64,000 nucleotides of DNA from Hydrolagus affinis (lineage: Eukaryota), in contig JAAILG010000190.1 of NCBI GenBank assembly GCA_012026655.1, positions 1 through 64,000 of the forward strand, read 5' to 3'. The notes below the pieces were generated by a model, which did not search any database, was not told the origin of the DNA, and saw nothing but the letters and a program-made list of their open reading frames with translations. Shown piece after piece: positions 38,879-51,880 of this stretch. A program made the translations under genes and the position numbers. Position 1 is the stretch's first letter. Each line of letters starts with the position of its first letter.

Positions 38879-39671
38879 CCAAGGAAGATGGAGCCGCGGT
38901 AATATATCATGGGATATGACCTGGAAGGCTGTGCCTGTGTGTCTTACATTGATGTCGGTGATTTGAAATGGATTATTCACTTTGAGGAATCATGATTTAA
39001 ACTAGGAGTTCCTATAACTAGCAAGATTTACAGTTTTTTTCATTATATTACAGTGGTGGCTCACTTTAAAGTTCTGTTTATTGGGGTTTTTTGCCACAAA
39101 TTCCTAAAGCCTTTCCTCGCTCATCACAATCATGTTACCAGTTTTGCAGCATTTTCTTTTTGGGCATTATCAAGATTTACCTGTCTTAGATACAATTAAT
39201 ATAGTGGGTGGGGGAGGAGAGAGATTTCCTCTGCACAGGGAAGGAAATGTCATTGAACACCTGCAGCCTAGTTCACACCTTTCAACACAAGAGATTTGTT
39301 AAACTTCCATTGAACAAAATCTGTTTCCGGTAAAATATGTGCATGATATTGTAATGAGAAAACAGTATTACCTGCTCCTAGCCCTCTTGAAAAATAGTAA
39401 AACTTCCTCCTTTAAAATAGTATATTGCCCCCACTGGTATGAGTTGCATGTGACTTTTACACTGAGATGCCAAGCAGCCAAAGATTACTTGCATTGGCGA
39501 ATGAGTTACAGCTGCAAGTCTGAAAGTATGATGTGTGTGCGCATCCGAGTGTAAGGAATATATTAATATTTGCTGATATAATGGCTTGCTGTATCATCCC
39601 AAGATATTCAGGAAGACTATTTACATATTTTCCATATTCAGATCTAATATTTTCTTATTGTGGAAAGTTTC

Positions 39672-40096
39672 AGGTGTCAGCTTGACTTAACTGGTATCAG
39701 TCTTGCCTCAAAAGGGGTTCAATCCCCCAAATGATGTCCGAACTCGAGGTCTGGGCTGGCGGTGCTGGGAATGTACTGCGTTGTCAGAGATTCCATTCAG
39801 TGGATGAATCATTCAATCAAGGTCCCATTCTATCTGTTCAGGTGGATATTAAAGCTCCCATGGCACTATTCAGAAAGTGTCGGGTGTGGGTGTTCTGGCC
39901 AACAAATCTCTGAATCAAATTAGTCATTCACTTTTTGGCCTTGTGTGAGACGTGGTGCATAAATTCACTTCTGTGTTTGTTTCCAAAAATAAACAGTCAC
40001 GACGCTCTATCTACAGTAATTCCTGTAAAATGCTTGGAGATGTTTCTACAACACACTAAGGTGCTATATGAAATGCAAGGATTATTATTATTATTG
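39672..40096 (+). mobile_element. Old Deu-domain SINE downstream of the SNX29 stop
   Basis: Head with ggggttcaatccc, then ggatgaatcattcaatcaagg, caggtggatattaaagctcccatggcactattc, gtgttctggccaac, tail ggtgctatatgaaatgcaagg(att)n. Confidence 0.8.
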
Positions 40097-43000
40097 TTAA
40101 GTGATAAAATCCATTTTCTGCAATCAGCCTATGAGATAAAATCGACTCATATCATTGAAATTGAAAATGTAATCGCATTAATGACTGATTTCCCTAAAGC
40201 GCTGCTAGAAAAATAATTGAATAACATTGGTTGAGTCTGTTAATGATATCAAACTGTGAGATGCACATTCCTCGTGTGTCATTTACAGTTTTATATTCTT
40301 TATTCTGAATTCTTATAAATTAAAGTGTATAAAGTTCTTAATAACCACCCCTTGGTAAATATTGGACCATGAAGACATTTTATCATAGTTATGAATGTAA
40401 ACAAACCCAATATTCCTTGACTATGGTGATAGTTCGAAAGGCTTTCTTGGATATTTCAAACGCGGGAATGCATGAAATGAAAATTGAGAAGATGCTTTTC
40501 CTAAATTGAATTATGAGCTGTTGCACTAAATTTTCTTTTTAAGACAAACTGTTATCAAAAGGAATCAAGATACAATTCATCCCCAGCAACACAACTGCAA
40601 GAATAACTAACAGTATGGATTTGCAGAGGTTTATTGTGAGGTTTTTACTCCCTTCTTTCTCTGCTTCTCTCTGTGCCAAATTTCTCTAAACTACATCACT
40701 TCCTGGTGCATTAACTCTCTTTCCTTTGGGGTGGCAGCTTTGTGCTGTATCAATCTCACTGCTCCTGCTTACATTCTACCATTCCAAAGTCACTCCACCA
40801 AGTTGATGAGGATCCTTTATTTTATATCCTCTTATTTTGTTGTTGTTATTTTGTTGTTGTTGTTTGCCTTGACCAAAATATGACCATTTCTATTGAACTC
40901 CAATTGAAACTCTCACCGCAAATTTAAGTTAAAAAAAAACACCAAACACAGTGAGAGGAAAACGGAGTGAAGCACATACTAATCTTTGAGGATTAATCGA
41001 TTACAAGAAATCATGGCCATTGGGTAAACTGTACACAAAGCAGAAGAAAAGTGATGTTAAACAGACTGGAATTAACTCATACCCCACCCCCCACGACTGA
41101 CTGGTGTGAATTTTAATTATTATCCATTTCTGATCCAACAATATTTTAAAAATGCATGGATGAAATTATAAATTACAACAGTTTCTGACTTGGTCAATCA
41201 TGAGGTCAATGAATTCTATATACAGTGCATTTTCAAAACATATTTTAGTTAATGGACAATACATTTAGTTCTGGCATTTCAGGGATTAAATTGTAGCAAT
41301 GTGCTGAACGCAATTTTAAGTTATCTTCCAAATCCACAAAAAAAAACATCTTAAATTATGCTTGCTGCAAGGTGCTCAACTTTATGTTGTATATTTAGTA
41401 TTTCATAACTTTATAAAATGATTTTTTGCATGGAGGCACAGAATTGCTTCATGTTCACAGGAGTCGTTTTTCAATGAAACCTATTAACATATTTAAGCTT
41501 CTCATCAGAAATCTCATTTGTTTTTAGTGGGTTTATGTGTAAACTGGGGCAAACCAATACAATCTGGTGAACAATCAGATCAGCATTGGACACAAATCAC
41601 TGCCTTGGAAAGGAACTTTTCAAAAACAAGAATGTAAAACGCTTTACTTTGCCTCTGCAATGCTGTAGTTATTGTAAAGGCAAAGTAGGCAAAACTTTGA
41701 GTATGGCACTCGGAAACGATGGGTGAATGTTCCTGATTAATTCCCCTAAAGTGTGGGCTGTTTTTATTCAGTGTCGAGTTTCGTGAGGATTTCATCTTTA
41801 AAAATGACATCAAATTGTTCATGCAGAGCATTCTTTCAGTTACTCCTGTAATAAATCAGTAAGCAGACAAAATCAACTACAAAATACCACAAAAGATGAT
41901 AAAATTCAACTGTTGCTTTTGTTTAATCCGGAACGTAAATTGAGCAAATATTGTTTTATGTCAGTACCCACATGGTGTGTTGCGTCTTCAGTGAAATTCT
42001 TAAGAGAATTTTAAATTGTATTAAATGCTTTATTGTAATATTCGTCTGAAACAGTACATTCAATATGGATCTTTATAAATGCAGAGACCCAGCAGTAGAT
42101 AGCTCATAGGTGGCCTTCAGTGGATCTAAAGTGTTGCTATGGTGCAATGCTAGTATTGAGCACAAAACACAAGATATGTCATTGCTTTGGGCACAGTCCC
42201 ATTTTGATTTATTTCATAGAATTGTTGATGTATGATAACAACAAAATTACATTCATAGGGCGCCTTTCGCTTTTCACGACAGGAGGACGTCCCGAGGCGT
42301 TTAACCAGAAGTTGATTATTTGCTCTCTGCTTCTTATTGATAATGATATTCACAGCTGCAGTTGATAACTATTTATTTGCTTTTTTTTGAGAAAGCTGAC
42401 ACAAGCGTTTTTTTTTGTCAGCCATGTGTCCTTAACACGTGCATAAACCCATCGCCGTGCTCAAGAGAATCCAAACCATGCTGAGATTTCCATGTCTCCC
42501 AGTTGCACATGCAAATTCCAGAGATACCCAGAGTTTGGGTATATTTAAATATGGAATATACCAAAGTTTTTCCATCTGATTGTTCGAGCTGATCACTTTC
42601 CATTCAAGAAGCTAAACTTGTCTTATTCATTTGAGAATCGGGTTGTATTCATCTCCACAAATAAGCACTACCTTTTTGTCTAATGTGTGGTTTTTATATC
42701 ATTTGCTAGTTGGTGCCTGCAATTTACGTGTAAAATATTATTGATTTAAACCATGGCGAGAAATTTAACTGCGATAGTCTAACATTGAAAATAGTCGTCA
42801 TTATTTCTTCTGTCACTTACGGGCAGAATTTTAAGAATGTAATTTTGTTTGGAAGAATTAAATTAAATGACTAAATTCATTGAAAGTAAAAGGTGTAAAC
42901 TTATCTGACTTCTATGCAAGAAAACAAAATTGAAGCAAGCCTTCAGAAATATGTTTAATTTTCTCCTAAGTGCTCAGATATTCATAGGGGAACAGTTTTG

Positions 43001-43407
43001 ATGTGTGGAACATTTAATTGGCTTAAAAACTAATGTGTAGTGTTATCTAAGCCTGCATTTAATTTGTAATGTCAGTGAAGAGGCTGAGTATTTATTGCCA
43101 AAGGTCGGTGCCTTATAATTGGAATCTATGCTGGTGTTTTTCCTTAACCTTTAATAAGATTAGAGATATGCATTTGCACTGAAATATGAAGATTTCTACA
43201 GCAATCCAGGTTATTTTCTGTCATTTTAATGTCAACATTTCACACTCAAATAAGCCTCTTAAATCATTTAGATATTAATTCAATCAGACTTTCCCCCATT
43301 TAACTTTAATACTTTGTTAACGACAAAGTGTGTTCTTCTAATTAAGTTTGGTATTTTAATACTAATTTAATTGGATGAAAAAATATAATGCTGCAACTAT
43401 TCATATG

Positions 43408-43703
43408 TGGAGTCTTGTGGAGCTCAGTGGTTAGAGCACTTGCCTTACAAGCAAGAGACCTGGGTTCAATTCCAGCTAGGGCAAAACCTTGGGCAAGTTT
43501 TGTTACTCCACATGTCTAATAATAATCCCTAAAAAAAAAGTAATAAATTGGTCATTTCAAGTCACGACTGTTTGTGGGACACTGCTATGCGGAATTGGCT
43601 GCCGCGTTTCGCCCGCATATATACAGTCAATTCACTTTACTGTAAAGCGCTTTGAAACGTCTAGAAGATGTGAAAAGTGCTACATCAATTGCACACATTA
43701 TTA
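43408..43703 (+). mobile_element. tRNA-derived SINE, full length
   Basis: Head, core and tail all recognisable. Confidence 0.92.
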
Positions 43704-45689
43704 ATATGTTCTGAGGACACACTATTGTGCAGTTATCATGTGAAGATTTTCTCTCCATGTTGCTAATAATGCTTTGGGAAGGAACTTCATTTCATCACTA
43801 AATAGAAAAGATACATAATAAAAATGTTTGTCAAGGATAAACCATTGCAAGTTTCAGGCTTACACCAATTTCACACTATAAGTGGTAAAATATTCACATA
43901 AAGTAGAATTTAAATAGAGGAGACTTTCCAATGTGATTCCTTACCTATTTGGCAAAATTACTTTTATATAAGGTATTGAGAAAATTAGACAAATCATCCA
44001 TTTGTATAATTGATTGAATGAGTATACATAAGTTTAAATGAGAGAAGTTTAACTGTGTGTCTCTAATATCAGGACCCCCATGTTTAATGGAACTGCATTG
44101 TGCGACTGAACTGGAGTTTGGAGGTTGATGGACTGAAATTTTTCTTTATAAATAAAAATACCACAACATATCCAAGGATTTTGAGTTAATAATTCACAAA
44201 TAAGCACAGTCACTTCATGAAAGAGTAATATGGTTGCCTTGTTTATCTATATTTATATTTTCATAGGTGGTGCAGGCAGTATGTATTTGTCTCCTGCTAG
44301 TCAGATGAAATGCATTCTTCAAAACCTGTTTACTAACCAGGCTTGCAAGGTGGGACGTTACCTTAGCTTCAGTTTCTATTTTGGAGCAAATTAATTGAAA
44401 CTCAATTGAGCTGATTACACAGTATGAGAATGTATTCTACCTTTAACAAACTTGAGAAATCAACGCGCATAATTTAATGCAAGTGAAAATATTGTACACT
44501 TTTGGCTTGCATATCCTTCACTTCAATAAAAAGCAACTTCCTTTGCAGCTATTTAGTTATCTTCAAGCAATCATCACATGTATTTTCAGAAAATCCCTGT
44601 GACATAATTTAAACAAATGAAACCCCCTCAATTTGATTCGTTTTTTCTAAACATTGTTTTCTTTCTAATCTTCATTCTTGTGGTAATATCTTTATTTTGC
44701 AGTATTACATTTATTAGATTGATATGCACTGTGACTGTGCAATAATATTGTAAACTCTAATTATCCTGGTATTAGAAAATCATCCTTCATTTGATCATAC
44801 GCAAATAAACTTATTTTCATTTGAAATTTATTTGTTATTTGCTTTGGTTCAGTGTCATTAGTATTTATGCTCTATATTTTCTCCTCCCAGTTCATCTTAT
44901 AAAGAATTGTGCCTTTGGTTAAGTGGTTAAGGCCCTCTCTGGCCACCCACTCACCGCTCACAAAACATTTGAAGGGATTCTGTTGCATTCCCATACATTA
45001 TCATGGTAATATGATGCATTGCAATCTCATTAATGGTCTGCGGATCAACACATCAAAATGCACTGGGACTGTTATTGTTGGGAACCTGTGAAGCAGCAAT
45101 GTAAGACACAATGTGTTGCACTGAAGTCCTTTTGGACGAGTGCTGGTAAAGCCTTCTAACATTGTGCCCACATTTTGCTCATGGTTTCAGTCGCTTGCAC
45201 TCTGCAGCTGTGTGAGCTTCTACTGGAGGTGCTTTGTGAATTCTGTGCTACAGACTGCGCAACACAGAGAGCTTATTAGATGATTAAATGCCAAAATAAA
45301 GTAGATACAGAATTTCTTTTTGGACATTTGACAGGACATGGTTTAAAATGGTCAGAAACCTGGAAATCTTTCATATTCTTCGTGAAAAGAATGTGAAGAA
45401 TTGTGATCTATCATTAAAGCCATAATAGAATTGTTGGTCTGTTGTTACCAGGATAATGAATGCAGCAATCGGGTGTGTAATTTTTCAGCTCACTTTACTA
45501 ACTGCATTTATTGACTCTACGAATCCCATCGCTTTTACTTCCCTCACTAAAGGTTGGACGTGGAAAACTGCTGCGTCTGTTTGAAGATTCACTTAAGAGA
45601 ATATCCCGAGGCAGCAGCCAGGTTATATAAAGCTGTCGGTAAACTTACATCGTTTGTTTGTGACTTAAAGTTTCTCTGTATCTGTGACC

Positions 45690-46030
45690 AGAGCTCCCTC
45701 TGCCTCTTCATCCTCTTGGATCTCTCTTGACGCGTTGAACTACCCCATCCTCCTTCACTGCCTCCTCCCTCATCCACCTTAGTAGGAAGGACCTCACTCG
45801 CATGGTTTGAGTCCTACTTAATTGCCCATCTCCATTTAATCTCAGCAAATGGTTTCTCCTTCCCCCATTCCCACCCCCACCACCCCACTCCCGCTCCCCC
45901 CACAACCCACACCACTCCCTCTGGGTGATGTCATCCGCAGACACGGCTCGGAGTCAGGCTCCGCTACTGTTAAGTGCTCTAAGATGCTATCCTGTGCGTA
46001 GGGTGCTATGTAAGAAGGTTGTGTGTGTAT
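45690..46030 (+). mobile_element. L2-like 3' fragment
   Basis: C-rich body ending aagtgctctaagatgctatcctgtgcgtagggtgctatgtaag. Confidence 0.55.
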
Positions 46031-47511
46031 CTAGAAATGATCGTCAGGGATTGATATACATAGCTCAAAGTCAGTGGAACTTGGATGCTGAGTGGTTCAC
46101 GGTAAAATCCCTGCCTTTACTCTCTCACATTTAAACAGATTGATAGCGTAGCACTGCGAGAAGCCGCTCAATCATTTAATTGAAAACATAATGAAGTGAA
46201 TAACCTGATCAATGCACAGAAACATTAATACATTTATTACATCTTTAATGTGTTTTCCAATGAGCGCTCGCTCCTATAGTTTCATATACAACTTGCACAA
46301 GTTTTGCATTTATTTTGCTCGAATTTCATACCGTTTGGAGAGGATATAGATAGATCAGGCAAACAGGACAACAACAACAATGTTACATCTGCAAAGTGCC
46401 TTTCACGTCAGGAGGACGTCGCAAGGAGCTGAAGGACCTCTCTGTCACTTTTAAACATGTGAGCGATTTGGGACGTCCTGCCGACGTGGAAGGCACCCTA
46501 TATCTTGTTGTTTTGGTGGTGACTTAATAGGTTGAGCAGACTCCACCCTGAACAGACCGCTCCAAATTTGCCACTAATTAACCCAGAAAAGCCACAGGGT
46601 TAGCTGCTGTGGGAAACGGAAATATCTTCACTGACTGCTGGGGACAGAGGGAAAGAAGCTTTCCATACATTACTGTACGCCATTGCAGTGGGTTTTAAGA
46701 AGTGCTGGAAGCTTTCACTAGTTAACTGGATTTGGAAAGCGAGTCTTCGCCAGCATTTCTGATAAAACACGCAAAAAAATCAAAACATTTTAGGGCCAAA
46801 TTTATTCTGCAGAACACCAGAGGTCACTTCAGTGTGAAGAACTCACAGGTGTTTAGGGTTCAACTAACAATCGGCTGGTTAAAACCATTACATCAATATA
46901 TTTATTTACTTATATATACTCTATACATGCCAATTCTAGCCTCGGCAGAGTAAGAAAAGTGTTTGATGGATGTAAAAATAGAATGGGAAATAATAGCAGC
47001 CTCAGAGAAGTGAATGAGACACATTACAATTATGAGAGACTTGGCATTGATATCTCATTACAGAAATTTTCTTTCTTTCAGCATTATACAGCCATCTGTG
47101 TGCATCTCATTTTCAGGTTTCCAAAATATTATTAATATCATTGTGGATGGAAACAAAAGTAAGGGGGCCCTTTGTTCTGTCACAATTTGTTTTTACTAAC
47201 TTCAGAGTGACATTCGACTTATTAACTGCTGGCTGTACCTGTTGCAGCTTCGCTCGCAACCAAAGGATCCAATATGGAGAGTAGATTGACACATGGACAG
47301 ACATTTTTAATCTTTTATCTGTACCCATCCAGGAGGATTCCTAAGGGAGGGCTCAATTTGGCTGTGCTGTTGCTTGAGTGGGCAACAAATGTTGGCTCGC
47401 TATAGCAGTCGATTCAGCATTGAAGTGCAGCCACATTGTTCTTTGTTCTTTAGTTTCATTTGATGGGCCAGTCATCTTTTGTCTAGCATTTTCATTTATT
47501 TTGTATTTCAT

Positions 47512-47782
47512 TCCTGTAGCTCAGTTTGAGCACTCGTCTAGCAAGCAAATGCTCAAACTCGGTTCCAGGCAGGAGCGAAATCTTGGGCAAGTTTCTTTAC
47601 TCCACACGCCTGATAATAATCCCTCAAAAAACAAATATATAATAGAACCATTGCTGTGCACTGCAATGTGTTTCGCCCACAAATATAGTCAACTCACTTT
47701 ACAGTATATTCCGTGAAGTGCTTTGAGACGTCTAGAAGACGTGAAAAGCGCTATATCAAATGCGAAGATTATTATTATTATT
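47512..47782 (+). mobile_element. tRNA-derived SINE
   Basis: cctgtagctcagtttgagcactcg...gaagacgtgaaaagcgctatatcaaatgcgaag(att)n. Confidence 0.9.
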
Positions 47783-48045
47783 GTGTCCTGCTCTGTCACC
47801 TTACAATCCTGTTAGTTACTCAAACAGGCTACAATCTACAGGTACCAGCACAACTCCAGCATTGGATCTCAATCGGTCATGCTTGATAAATGAGGCTGAA
47901 GGGTGATGACATGGTATATTAGCATTTGATTATAGTGGCCACAGTAGAAGAGCCAACATTCATAGGTTAGCAGAGTGATGGCATTAATAATTCCCTCTGC
48001 CTTGTTGAGGTTAGCCTGTAACACCTCTACCTTTCATCACAGACC

Positions 48046-48155
48046 TTTCACAGAATATACTACATATTTTGTGGGTGAAGAATTGATCATTGCAATGTTT
48101 TAACATTAAAACTGGGAATCATGTCATCATACTGTACGTATTAATTCATTTGTGA
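48046..48155 (-). mobile_element. Atypical short SINE-like element, inverted partner of 49018-49190
   Basis: Reverse complement aligns with 49018-49125. Confidence 0.7.
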
Positions 48156-49017
48156 GATGTAACCCAGCAGTTTTTTGTTTTATCTGGTGCATAGGTCCAG
48201 TTTTATGATTTACAGATTTACTCTCTGGACCATTCAGAAACCTCAAGTCTTTGATCTAGTAAAAGCTGTGGTGTTATAATGTATTATATAAATTATTATT
48301 ATAAGGTGTGGCGTTGTCACAAGTGTAATTTTGTTGTTGTTTATTGGCATTTATTTCAACCTAATTTAATGTTGAGAGGAATGTGATGTCCAGGCTGTTC
48401 ATATTAAGCGTAAAATGCTAGGACCCATAGAATTCTATTTAAACCTCAAATGCGGGATGGCAAATTCAAGCACAACTGAAAGTAAAGATTGGAGGGAGAG
48501 GTGGGTGGGGGAGAGGGGAAGCTCATTCACTTAGACATCAACAGGGATGAAAGTTTCAACAATGTTTATTGCTAAGTGACAGTCATCACCTCACATTCTC
48601 CCATAGAGAATTGGATACAAGTACAATGTATTCCCACCAAAAGCAATCAATCTTGATTATCAATTTAAAAAAAAAGAACTAGTTGAGTATCCTGTTTGGA
48701 AACGTTGTTTATGTAGAGTTTTACACTAACACTCAATAAGGACGCAATGAGTCTCTCGGTGCTTTGAAGGGTAGAAAGCCGCGGATGAATAATGAACAGG
48801 TAGGGACGGATAACATTTCTGGAGTTTCTGCTTTATCACCTTTGGGAATCAAGGATTCGTTATTGCAGTTTTCCCTCAGGAGACATGAGTGACTGGACTG
48901 GAATCCTCGATGGGACTAGTCTGTGAGCTTGATGACTGAATATATTTTCCACACTTTATGCTTTCTCGTTTTCTTAATCACTGCCAATGTTTTTCAAATA
49001 GTTTTCAAATAGGTCAA

Positions 49018-49190
49018 TCACGAATGGATTAATAAGTGCATGGGTTTGAATCCCAGTTTAATGTTAAAACATTGTAATGAGCTATCTATTTCTCGCACAC
49101 AAAATATAATGTATATTCTGTGAAACGCTTTTAGACAGCTCGAAGATGTGATGAGGTGCTATATCAATTGTAGCACAGGTTATTATGATG
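49018..49190 (+). mobile_element. Atypical short SINE-like element
   Basis: B-box-like ggtttgaatccc, a distinct body agtttaatgttaaaacattgtaatga, then the family tail gtatattctgtgaaacgc...gtgctatatcaa. Confidence 0.7.
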
Positions 49191-50113
49191 ATTTCCCTAT
49201 CTGAGTGACTCTAGAACTTGTCAGAATAAATAATAACTCTCCATTTTAGATCTTATTTTGGGTGTTTCCACATAGGACGGTAACCTATCCCAAGAAAGTA
49301 TATTTTATTTAAGATGGTGGCTTCACATTACTAATAAGAAAACATTAGTAGCCACAACACGGATTTTTTCATTAAGGTTACTGTCATTTTGTGCCTATCT
49401 TTAGATATTAATTCAATTTACCTAGTCAGCCAGTCATATGAACTAATCGATCCTCACATTATTCAACAGAACGTGAATAACCTATCCGATGTACCTGAAG
49501 CCACAAATATTTATTTTTAACGGTGATTTTAAAAAATTGTAGTTTAGCTGTTAAACTTAATTAGTTTTTTTTGTGTCCATGAAGTTTGACACTTTACAGC
49601 TGATGGTGAGTACGGATTTTGAAAAGATTGATTATTTATTTCCATTTATGTTAAGAGTTGCCTTACGATGACAGTCACACTTAATTAACACTCCTGTTGG
49701 ACACATCACAATGCCTCAGCTTTTGCCCATCAGCTCACTTTCAAAGTGATAATTAAAATTCACCATAGGTGGAATCCTGCAAACTGTGACTCATGCAAAA
49801 AAAAAAGTGTCTGGTTGCTGTAATTTTTAATTAGCTTAGCATTTTAAAGACAAAATCTTTGTAACTGGAATTGCTAATCAATAAAAAAAACTTTTTTTCC
49901 TTAAACATTCACTTTATATTTTTACTTCCTTCAAACTGTGCGGATTGAGTGGTTCCTGGATTAAGCTGATGACAGCTGGTGGAATTGTAGTACAGATGGT
50001 GGCAAAAACAGTGCCATGAATGCCTCAAAATAATGTGTGCAATTGCATAGAATACAGTAATACCCATCTACCTGAAATATAGTGAAAACCTCAAATTAAT
50101 TTCATAGAGTACA

Positions 50114-50151
50114 TTTATTAGAGCTCCCACATAATCTATCAGTGATTTATT
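50114..50151 (-). promoter_or_regulatory. Two candidate proximal poly(A) signals of CPPED1
   Basis: TTTATT on the + strand (AATAAA on -) at 50146-50151 and 50114-50119, 50-85 nt past the stop. Confidence 0.35.
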
Positions 50152-50199
50152 CATGCAACGTGCCCTGATAATACAGCCGCTTCTGCTCAGATTTCACCG

Positions 50200-50441
50200 T
50201 TAATCTTTCAGATCAGCTACTTTGAAAAGGTTGGAAATGGTGTGATTGATGTTCGGTTGGCTTAGGTCATCCAGGCTGACGTACTTGTGGACAATCCTGT
50301 CCTCTGTAACCGCCACCACACGCACGCCATGTTTGTCTTTCCCTAACTGGCAGCCGATGGCAGAGGTCACGACCATTTCCAGATCCTTGTAAACACCTCC
50401 CGCGTTCCGATGGTAGTGTCCTGAGAACACGGCTTTCACAC
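50200..50441 (-). CDS. CPPED1: Calcineurin-like phosphoesterase domain-containing protein 1, terminal coding exon
   Basis: Minus-strand acceptor gttttgtggcag|GT GTG AAA (phase 1). Translates (G)[61 protein letters not shown]...DLKD*, with the GHxH motif. Matches CPPED1 last exon and its known position next to SNX29. No upstream exon found in 50442-64000. Confidence 0.96.
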
Positions 50442-50837
50442 CTGCCACAAAACACAGAACGGGGTACAGTTTACTACGGTTTCTTTGCCACTGGAGTCCG
50501 GGTTGTGAAGCTTCAGTCAGTTGAGAATCTCGCCCATCATTTATTTTAGTCCTGGGGTTTGTGAAATGACTATGTAAACTACTAAATAGACTTGAGACCT
50601 TACTGTTGTTCCCCATGGAGTGAAAGCATGATATTGTGCAGTCTGGGGGAATGGTTACTTGATAATTATGTTGTGGATGGATATTACTCTCCAGCTGTGA
50701 GAAAAGGTCCCAAATATTTATTTTATATTTACTTTCTCTATTCTATCGCATTCCCTCGTGCCTTCCATCAGTGCCCAATGATGAGGGCAATGAGCTTGTT
50801 ACTTCAGATCTCACCCAATGCTGCCCGGTATCAAAGT

Positions 50838-51240
50838 AACAACAACAACAATTTAGATTTATATATTCCATGCCGGACGGCTTCTCTGAGCGCTTCACAA
50901 TAACAGATCCCGGGGCCTGGCCAGGGGGAGGGGGAAAATGGTGATCAAAAGTCCAGTCGAAAAGAAAGTCTTTAGCCGTGACTTGAAAAATGGAAAGGAG
51001 GGGTGAGGCGAAGGGAGTGAGGAAGGGAGTTCCAGAGCCTCAGGGAGTAGTGGCTGAAGGCGCAGCCGCCGACGATGGAACGGAGGATTCAGTGGACAAG
51101 GAGGAGGCCGGACCCGGTAGAGAGAAAGCAACGGGTGCTGTTGTGAGGAGAGAGGAAGTCAGAGAGGTAGGAGGATGCAGAAGAGTGGAGGGATTTGAAA
51201 ACAAGAGTGAGGATCTTGAAATCGATCCGCTCCGGTGCTT
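50838..51240 (-). mobile_element. L2 LINE 3' fragment in the CPPED1 intron
   Basis: Peptide PERIDFKILTLVFKSLHSSASSYLSDFL and FKSRLKTFF; (ttg)n tail. Confidence 0.9.
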
Positions 51241-51557
51241 TTGTGATTCCTTTCACGACAGCAGATCTCGCGTTTCCCATATGGCCTGAGAAGAAATTGG
51301 ATTCACTATAAACCTGAGTTGAGGAAGAGGGCAGAGTTATTGCAGGACTGTCCAATATGTTAGCCGCATGTGGCTAATTGGGAATCCAGATATGGCTCAA
51401 TTCCATTTTGGATTAGTAAATAGATTTATTAACCTGGTAGGCAAGTAATAAGTGCAATCTCAGTACAATCCAGTATTCACATTCACATGGCTTATGCATG
51501 TTCACTTTGACCTTTATGTATGTATGTATGTTTGTTGGTAAAATGATGTTCTGGGAT

Positions 51558-51880
51558 TGTTGGGACGTCCTGACGTGAAAGGTGCTTTACAAGTGTAATT
51601 TTGTTGTTGTTATTGTGTGTGACCTCCTCAATTATTATTTGTTTGTTATCTGCTAAAATGGTGCGTAACGTGGAGTCCGGTAGCTCAATGTTTGGAGCAT
51701 TCGCTTTACAACCGAGAGACCCGGGTTCGACTACTGGCAGGTCAGGGCGAAACCTTGGGCAAGTTCCTTTACTCCAAAGTGCGTGATAGTAATCCCTCAA
51801 AAAAACACAATAATAAATTGGTCATGAGACATCTAGAAGGTGTGAAAAGCGCTGTATCAACTGCAAGGATTACTATTATG
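51558..51880 (+). mobile_element. L2 tail followed by an internally deleted SINE
   Basis: L2 tail 51558-51615; SINE head at 51670 joined from ttggtcat directly to gagacatctagaag, so the core is deleted. Confidence 0.85.

Noticed and set aside
50442-50616. N-terminal part of ORF 50200-50616
   Set aside because: Intronic read-through upstream of the splice acceptor; homology begins at GVKAVF.
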